Assembly (NCBI RefSeq): GCF_964194025.1 | Contig: NC_134479.1 | Coordinates: 18,414,001-18,478,000, forward strand | From: Convolutriloba macropyga | Taxonomy: Eukaryota | Direction: 5' to 3' | Length of the DNA: 64,000 nucleotides | Shown: piece after piece, positions 12,201-21,200 of the stretch | Position numbering within the stretch: position 1 is the first letter of the stretch | Layout: each line of letters starts with the position of its first letter | Translations under genes and position numbers: made by a program | Notes under the pieces: model-generated | What the model saw: the letters and a program-made list of their open reading frames with translations, nothing else | Told to the model about the DNA's origin: nothing | Databases searched by the model: none

Positions 12201-15200
12201 TCATAACTGAGCCAACTTTTAGCCGGGGGAAACGTGTATGGGCCTTAGTTACTGGTTATGAGGCCATTGCAAAGAAAGACCCATCGTCAATAAGAGGCAG
12301 GCGAGTTATTAACGATTTTTGTTTGAATGTTCGTAAGGGACTCATAGCGCAGGAAATGAGTATTCGTTCTCAACTTGAGTTATTACGTTTATTAAAGATC
12401 GCCGATTATCGAAGAAGTGTCGCTAAAAGTGTGAAAGATGGTGAGAACCCCCCAAGTGCCATTGTAGAGAGCAATGTGACGACCCATGTAAAGATCTTAA
12501 TTCGAAGTGGGTATGATTTAAAATCGAGTTTGGCTGATATTAAGCAGAAGAAGGCAAAGGCGTACAATTTCGCGCCAAAGAGTTCCCAAGAAAAGAAGAT
12601 AGTTTTGCGATACACAGATCTGACGGCTGCTGAGAAACGAGAATGGCCTGCTGATGTTTTGGAGCAGTTAGATGAGAAGCTGCTGCATTGACAGTTACAG
12701 TACTTATTAAGTGAGTGAATGTCTTTTCTTTTCGAAATTGCTATAAGTCATTCTTTTTTTGCGTCATGTAAAGTGAGCATTTAGATAACCCGCAAGCTAA
12801 TAGACGTTGCTTTGTTTGCATGAATCTGTTCCAATTATATGCACGCTTGTTGTTGTGTAATAATTATAGGCTGTATTTACTCTCTTTCACTCAGAAAGAA
12901 CTAAATAAAAATTGGCTATATTTTACACTGTTTTTCGGACACCTGCAATTTAATGGTCAGAACTTCGAATAAAAGACAAAATTTCAATTTCTACTCCAGC
13001 CAATCGTTTTCTAGGTTCAAGTACTCTCGATTGGTACTATCTGTTCGTTCCATTTCAGTCTCATTCTGTTGGGGGGCGGTTTTAAAGTTTTGGCGAACTT
13101 TTGACGGATTGAATTTTTGGCTATTCAGACGGTATAAAATTATGAAAAACTCTTCAATCACGTCGTTTTTTGGTCTGATTCATTAGTACGGAAGCCAATC
13201 ACAATGGTGGTATAGTTAGTTTCTGTCAAAATACTTTTTTCGTTGAACTATGAGTGTTTTTGTTGATTTTTGAGCCGTTTTTCAGGGGTCGGATTTCCTC
13301 GAATTCAGGTCTCCAGTACTCTTAGCCAAATGGCCTCAGACTCGTTCCTGGGGCACCTGGACCCTGGTTTGTATCCCTGGGGGTCCAGAAAAATGTTTCC
13401 GGGCGTCTGAAGGCCTTTTTTGGTGCTCTAACTTAGTCATTTTTGGAGGGTAACCTGTGTGGTATCAATTTTGGGTCATTTTCTTGAAAGAAGTTCATTT
13501 TTCTCCAATATTACATAAACTAGCCTCATTTTCGGTTCTTCAGCGTCATTGGCAACATATGTAGAGGCGATGGATGTACTTTGTGTCATCTAAAGTTGAT
13601 TTTTGCTAGGGACATTGCAGATAAACCAGTTGCACGTTCCACATTTTTCTGTTATTTTCGAACTTTTGGCGCTGTTTTTAGGCGCTTTAAGGCATGATAA
13701 TGCGCGTCAAATGGTTAACTGGCAACTGCACATTATCAGTTAGTGGCCGTGTTATAGTTGTATAGGTGAATTTTTACTGGGACATCCGAAAATACTTCAA
13801 TAATCTGTCGTAAAACACTTTCTGAAAGTTGATCGAGACCACATCCGAATTTTGGTAAATTTATTGAACGTATGTTGTGCTTTAATATAACAAATCGTAG
13901 TGTGTGAAGAGCAACTGAGAGGTTGTAATAAGTAGGTTTATCATAGTAGTTCTCTTTCGTGACCAGGTTGAAGATATATCAATTTAAATTTGTGTCATAA
14001 AATGAGATAACGGAACCTGGTGGTCTTTGCGCAAATTCTTGACTTTGCAGCATTTCGGTGTAGTAATTGACAATTTGCCAGGCGAGGCCTTTACTCATCT
14101 TCATATTGCTTGATATGCAACGTGCAAAAGAGCGTCTGGAGTTGAGAATATCACCTCTATGATAGAAAAAATTGGCTCTTGTTTTTCCGATTTCAATTAC
14201 ATTTATGTTTGAAGTAGTTTGTTTGCTCTTTGACTGGCTTCGGGTTACCCTTATGTTATCGGCTGTTGAACCTCTTTGATATCTCTCAATGCTAGATCGG
14301 ACTTGGTCTAGTTTCGTTTCTCTAGTTGGAATTTGGTCCCTTCTTGATCTGCGCGATGATTCTGCAATTAGTTGGTGTTTTTGTTCTTTTGTTAAGATAG
14401 GTGGCTGTGTGGGAGATTCGGGCAGTTGTGGCGTTTGTGAACGTGAACCGTAGCGTGCTACTGGTTCCCAAGATTCAAATTTTCTGACTCCTCTCATTTT
14501 TGCAAAGTTGACTCTGTTTTGATTGCTTCGAGTGCTTGGTCCCGGTTGTTGTTCTGTATCTTCTTCGTCGTTTTCTCTAATTATTTCGCTCTCAGCGGCT
14601 GCAGGGAGTCTTTCAGGGTACTGAAATTCTTCCGGAGTTGCAATAATCTCGGGGCTATCTGAAAGGCTGGCTCGGGGTGAATTTTCTTGCGAATTTCTTG
14701 GCGAATTCATTGGTGAAGGTGTTCTAATTTCCGCTGGTGGTATTACGGGTATTGGCGGTATTACCGGCACTATCGGAGGTACTGGTGCTGCCAATGGCGT
14801 TGCAGGGGCTCCATTTGGAGGAACAGTTACGCCAAGGCGTATTTGTGAAGGTTGAACTGTTGCAGTCTTTGAAATTGCGGTACTTTGCTCCTCTTCTAAT
14901 AAATTTGGGATATACTCGTCAAATAATTCTGGCTCATTTCGAGTTGTTCTTCTGGAAGGATCCGCTTCAAACTTTGCAGGATCAATTTCCTGTATGTCTT
15001 CTGGTGGCTCTGTCAGTTTGATAGGTCTTAGTCTGATCCGATGAACACATTGAGTGTAATTTGTTCCTGTTTTTCTAATAATATAATTTGAATTTGTTAA
15101 GAATTTTTCGACTCTATAGAGTGGTAGCCATGTTTGTACTGCTTTCTGGGTAAAATCGTTTTGCCTTGTTAAACGAGGGTTTAGTAGTAAACATGAGTGT

Positions 15201-18200
15201 AAAACATGTGAGTGCAATTTGAGTGGCTGTGCTTCAGCTTTTTGATCGTAATAACTTCTGTATCGCTGGTAAGAATCTAAAAGTCTTTGTTTATTTTCGC
15301 CAAATTTTTAAGCATTGCGTCTTGTAGCTGCGAAACGTAATCTGAATTGACTTCAACTGCTTGCATTGCTTGTGTGGAAAAACGGAGATCAAGGGGTTTA
15401 ACAGGTTCACGTCCATGAAATAGAGTTGTCGGACAACAATTAATTGAAGAATGATACGATGTATTGTGTATAAAGGTTGCAAGCGGTACTGTGCCAATCA
15501 TTCCACTGTTCATTGGAGTTGAGTTTTAGGATCCGTTTAAGTGCTGCGTGTGAGCGTTCCACTACTCCAATTGTCTGTGGGTGTTTCATCGTAGCATGTT
15601 TGAGTTTAACTTCGAGTAACTTCGTTAATTCAGCCATTAGCTTTGAGGTGAAATTTGTTCCTAAATCACTCAGTAAAGTACTAGGTAAGTAGCTATGCTG
15701 GAAGAAAATCTTCACAAGCTCTCTGGCAACTGTGTCGGCACTACCATTTGTCAGTGGTACTGCAAACAAGTACTTTGTAAACACGTCAATTCCACTAAGA
15801 ACAAATTTGTAAATTGGGCCTTTTTGTTCAACTAAGTCGATTTGCATCATTTCTCCGGGAAATGACTGTAGTGAAGATACAGGCTGTAATGGTGGTTGCA
15901 GTTGCTTGTTCGTTGTTTGCTTGAGCTGTAGGCATGTTATGCAGTTTTTAATGAAATCGATGAAATGTTCTGTAAAACCAGGATAGTAAAATCGTTTTCG
16001 GAATTCTTGAATTGTGCGAAGTATTCCCAAATGTCCTCCTGTTGGTGAGTTGTGTAGTCTATAGATTACTTCTTTCCAGAGATGCTTTGGTAGGCAGTAC
16101 TGCTTAAAAATTATTTTGCCTGTGTCATCAAAGAATTGTCTGTATAATGTATTGTTTTCAATTTCCAAACGGTCCAACTGTTTCACATATTTCTTCAATC
16201 GTCGGGATGCATTTTTCAAGTTGCTGCTTAAGTCGTTGCGTTTCCACTCAATTGCCTGCATGATCTCCTCGTCTTTTGTCTGCTCACTTGCCAAATCTAA
16301 TATTTCTTCTCTATCCGACAAATCGTTCAAAAGATCAGCTTGGTTCGCATATTGTATTGCATTAACTTCCGCACGCTTCAACTTAAAGAGACTATTTAGA
16401 TTTTCATCTCCATTCTCTCGTTTTCGTTCAATATACGCGTCGTAAAGTCCGAGTTCCTGTAGTTGTGAGACGATGGTAACTTCTTCTATCTCTGATTCAG
16501 GGACAGTGTTCAGTTGGTCGATATTCGAAATGGAAACATCAGGTGATTTCGCTTCAGATTCAACATATATTTCACGGACTGGTACTTTGTCTGTTAGTTT
16601 AAGGGACAAGCTGGCTCCTTTATCCGTCTGTACGCGTGAGAGAAAATCTGCTGCATAGTTAGCTTTGCCAGGAATATGGGCAATAACTATATTAAACGAA
16701 AGAACTCGGTCCAGAAAGTTCCATAGTGATGGAGGAATGGTTTTTGACTGAAAGAAATGCGTTAAACTTCGATTATCCGTGAGTACAAGTACTGGATGGC
16801 TGGATGCCCAGATATAGTGGGAAAACTGGTCTAATGCAAAGTAAAGTGCTAAGATTTCTTTGTAATAAGTCGAGAACTTCAGCTGTGCTGTTGTGAAGAG
16901 TTGTGATCCAAAAGATACGGGAGCATAGACTTTTTTTCCTTTGACTGTTTTCCTGTCACGTAGTCTTCAACCATAAGCACAGATCCGGCTCCGTAGTAGC
17001 TTGCGTCACAGAGGAGGACATATTGTAGGCCAGGTTTAGGCAATCTGAGCGTCATCTCTGTTGCTTCAAGTAAATCCTTTTTCACAGTTTCTAATGCATT
17101 GTAATGTGTTTCTTTCGCTTCAAAATTGGTTCCTTTACGTAACAACTGATAAAACGGTATAAGCTTCTCGCCTAAATTTGGGATGAAATTTCTGAAGAAC
17201 TGGGCGAAGCCAATTAGTCTTTTGACCTGTTTAGTTGTTCTTGGCATCGTAATCTTCATTTAAAACTTTTTGATTTTCTCTGCTTGTGGGGATATTCCCT
17301 CATTTGTAATTGTACTGCCCAGAAATTTGATTGACTGTGAGGCTATTTCGCATTTTTCTGGTGACAATTTCAGTCCAGATCTTCGGATGCATTCGAAAAT
17401 TTTCCTTAGACTAGGAAGTAGCTGACTAAATTCTGTTACTGCACTCCCAATATCGTCCATGAATTGTGTGCATATACCGGCTGCTAAACAAGGGTCTAGA
17501 TAATGGCGAATGAATGAGCTAAAACCAGTGACTGATTTGCTAAGTCCTTGAGCTAGACATTTGTACGCGTAAGTTCTTGATGAGAAATTGAAAGCTAAGA
17601 GTTGTACTGAGGTATCGTCCGCCATCTGTACGCAATGGTAAGCTTGCGAGCAGTCAAGTTTTGTGAACAATGTTTTTCCTGCGAAATGACTGGTTGCATC
17701 GGCCATGTTTGAGATTGGGAAGTTTGTGCTGTGGTAGTTATTTTTAAGTAGGTGGTTGACTCTTCTCAGATCAATTAAAATTCGCAGTTTGCCTGACTCT
17801 TTTCTATGAGCAAATAAAGGACTACTGTATTTAGACTGTGACAAAGCTGTTATAAGTCCATAGTAGTGCATTAATGCTAATTCAATGTGCAGTTCGTCTC
17901 GTAGATGTATTGGAGTTGGAGGTCCTTGTACATATACGGGTAAGTCATGCTCTGGAGTTAGCTTTATTTTCAGTTCCGTATTGTATCCAACGTCAAATCG
18001 GTGTTTGGCGAAAATGTCACAATATTCAATTAATAAATGCTCGCATTCTTCTATTTGCTTTTCGTTTAGTGGCGAATTTTCCCAGTTGAATTTGCTGATA
18101 AGGAATTTACGGTCTTCTTCATTACTTCGTGGATCAAACTGCTCCAATTTTTGGAAATTTAATATTTGGTCGTAAATTTCTTGTTGTAACAACGGCAAAT

Positions 18201-21200
18201 TACTTGGGTCCTCGCAAGTTTCTGGTGTCGGAAACCATAGTTTACTATATTCCGGTTGAGGTCTCCTAGTTTGGCCTGGTTTGTGTTGGGTAAAATCTTG
18301 AATGAGCTGGTTCAATTCCGCAAAATAATCTTTGTTTCTTGATTTTGCTAACGTTATCAGTTGTGGGTCAATTTGTATCAATTGGTCGGCTTGCTCGGTT
18401 GAAAGAATTGAGAATCTGCCTACCTCGGTTCGGCTATTGATTGTGATAGGGTGCTCAGTTATGTTTATGGCAGAGACGTACAATGTATTATTCTTTCCTA
18501 CAGTACTTAGCGAAGAAGTTAGAGCAATCTCTGTTTCTTTTCAAGAATTTCATTAGGAGTGATTACTCCACTTTTGTTCTCAAACTGATCGGTTTTGTCT
18601 GATAGATAGCATTCTAGGAAGATTTGCTCGTTGGGCTGTATTGTGTGCTTCTTGTTTGTGTAAATGGGAATCTTCTTATGTCTTACTGCTCGTCGTTTTT
18701 CGTTTACAGGCTTGATTTCATTAATTTGAACGGTCAGATCGGGGAATTGTATAAGGGCTTGTTTTGGACTAATTGAAATATCATGCTTGACAAAGAAGGG
18801 GTTACCAAGGATGACCGAGTTTGTTGAGGAAAGGACGAGGAAGTCTTCAACAAACTCTCTGTGAGCGAGTCTTCAACAAACTCTCTCTTTCGGCCTGTTT
18901 CTCAATTCTGACTAGTTGTCCTCCAGCCATTTTGAATAAAGTACAATCGGGTTGCTTCAATTTGACTGCGTTCTTGTCAGTGTCAGTTATTTCTTGAAGT
19001 AAACTGTTGCTTATGACGTTTGCACAAGCGCCGGTGTCAATTAGTGCTCGACGGCTTATTCCGTTATTAAATTTAATTTTGACATAGGGGAGAAGGGATG
19101 ATCTCATATTTGAATTTCTATTGTAAAGATTAAATAGTTTGCTAGACTGCTCTATAGATTTCGTGAACTGTTTGCGACTTTTGTGCGTTAAGGGTGGCTT
19201 TATTAGTTTTTTGATTGGCAATTAAATGGGAATGAGGTCCCTCTATTATTAGTTCTATCTCTCTGAGAACACTGACTTGATCGGTGATTTGGATAACCAC
19301 ATGTATAACAGAAGGTACCACTGGATCTAGTCACAGGCATATATGGGCTGGTGGGCATGCGGAATTGTGACTGGGCTGTGAAATTTCGAGGTTAAAACAC
19401 TTGAGCGTTAGTGTTTGGGTATCGGGATCTAGGATTTCTATTAAAGAAATTTCGACCTCTAAAATTATTTCCTCTGTAAGAGTTTTGATACATTGGACTT
19501 GTACAGTTATTTTGACTTGCATAGTTATTTCTGGTCGTGTAGGGCGCCGCGGAGAATTGCCCCTGCCTATTAAATGGTTGCTGGGGAGAGTGGGTTACAT
19601 CTCTTTGTGTTGTTGATTCTATCTGTGCCGCCGTGATGCGGTCGTCAATCGTTTGAAGCCTTTTGTCTAGTGAATCTTGCGTCTGGTTCAGTTTAGAGAG
19701 CGCATTTATCAAGTTTTCGGACACGGCATTATTGATTTCATTAAACCCATCTTCAGGATAGTCATCTTTTCTGCACATGTCTCTAATTGTCATCTGTTGT
19801 CGAGCAGTGGTGCAGAGATCGGTAACAAGCGTGGCTGGTGGTTGTTCCATCAATTTTGATCGCAGCCATCCCGGCATAGCTTTAATGAAGATTCGCTTAA
19901 CTTGTTCGTTCTTGTTGTCCTCCGCTGCTTGCAATCTAGCATCTCGTGCGGCTGTTTCTCCATCAAAGCGTGCGTGCTCTGCTCTATCCCCTGCTCCTCC
20001 ATCTCCTGGAAGCGCTAACGCTGCCACTGCTGGTAGATTTGGCGTTGGGTAGGCACGCTGAGCCTTTGTTTAAGTTCACTAGAAAATTTTCGGAGCCGTC
20101 TGTTTTTGGGTCAAATCGCAGCTGTTCTAATTTAAGAACTTTAAGTACTTCTTGAAGATCTTGATGCGCGAAGTTGTCCCTGAGTGCTGTGAGGCTTAAT
20201 TCAAGATCATTTCTGGTTGCTTCGGGCAACGTTTGAAAATATCGTAACGCTTGAAAATATCGGAGGTGGAGTTGCAGAAAATTTGATTGTTGGTTAGCAG
20301 GAATTGCTGCGACACCAATAAAACCTCGGAAAGGTGCTCAAATTGGCGGAAACTTTAGTTTTCGGCTCCGCTATAGGGCTCCACTGTTATTTGGGCATTT
20401 GCGGCCATCTCAGTTTCTTATAATTTTAAAACTGCACTGAATGAAAAGGTGATGATCTGGATGAGCTGGGAATGTGATTATTCAGAAATTATGATGAGGG
20501 GAGATTCAAAATCATCTAAATCGATGTCATAGCCATGGGTCATGAGATGTCTAACTTTAAAGAATTCACGTGCTTTTCGTCGCAAAGTCTTGGGGATAAA
20601 TATTAATAGGGCGCGTTTGTCAATAGGATTTTGAGTTAAAAGCACAATTTGTTTTGTTTTGTCAGATACAAAGGCACTAATAACTGTTGAGATAATAAGG
20701 TTGTTAGTTTGGGGGCTAATGAATTGTATGTAGTTACAGTCTACATATTCCAAAAATGATTTGAATAGCGGCAGTTATTAACAACAGGGAGTATTTGGGT
20801 AATGTATAAATCGTGGGAGGGCATTTTAATTTAGCTCCAAAATTTATATGTTCTAACTCACAGTTTCCAAATTGACTCGGTTTTGTTACCAATAGGGGGT
20901 TTCACTCTCTCATTCTGTGTGTATGTATCTCAGTGTGATGTCACCGTCTTTGGGCGTCAACTTCTTTTAGACTCCAATCTCTGTTGCATTGACAATTGAT
21001 AATTGGAAAAAGCTAATAGCGCTGTCTGTCATGAAGAGGTAAATGAAGAGTGCTGTGATCAGATAATAAGCAATGATGAAAAAGATAAAGAATGCTACAG
21101 TAAAATATAAACAAAATTTGTCGAAAGACATCGATAATGGGACAATTATAAAGTGCTAATTTCAATTAGAATCTCCGCTTTCGAATATTAGTTGGAATTT

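Larger units (their letters stand above)
13736..19212 (-). pseudogene. pol: pol polyprotein (PR, dUTPase-like, RT, RNase H, IN, Pro-rich linker, macrodomain) with multiple frameshifts and stops
   Basis: PR ALIDTGA (DTG 19030-19038). RT LDCSQAYH / LAQGL / QFMDD (17452-17463). RNase H LCDAS, KEILAL, VLTDN. IN HNSPTGGH..CITC, QIDL, LSDLG, VERSH. Split across ORFs 18847-19221, 17260-18483, 16879-17259, 15440-16609, 15277-15513 and 13979-15217; the frame continues past TGA 13979 to TGA 13736. Confidence 0.95.

Noticed and set aside
11937-13981. TGA recoding (Sec/Trp or programmed readthrough) to explain the in-frame TGA stops
   Set aside because: The element has many frameshifts and other stops, and TGA terminates ORFs normally elsewhere, so mutational decay is more parsimonious. 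Readthrough at 13979 could be re-examined if the stop is fixed in young copies.
14737-20155. Many 60-110 aa plus-strand ORFs over gag/pol (also 9872 and 10081 over env)
   Set aside because: They are shadow frames antisense to real coding sequence and show no motifs.
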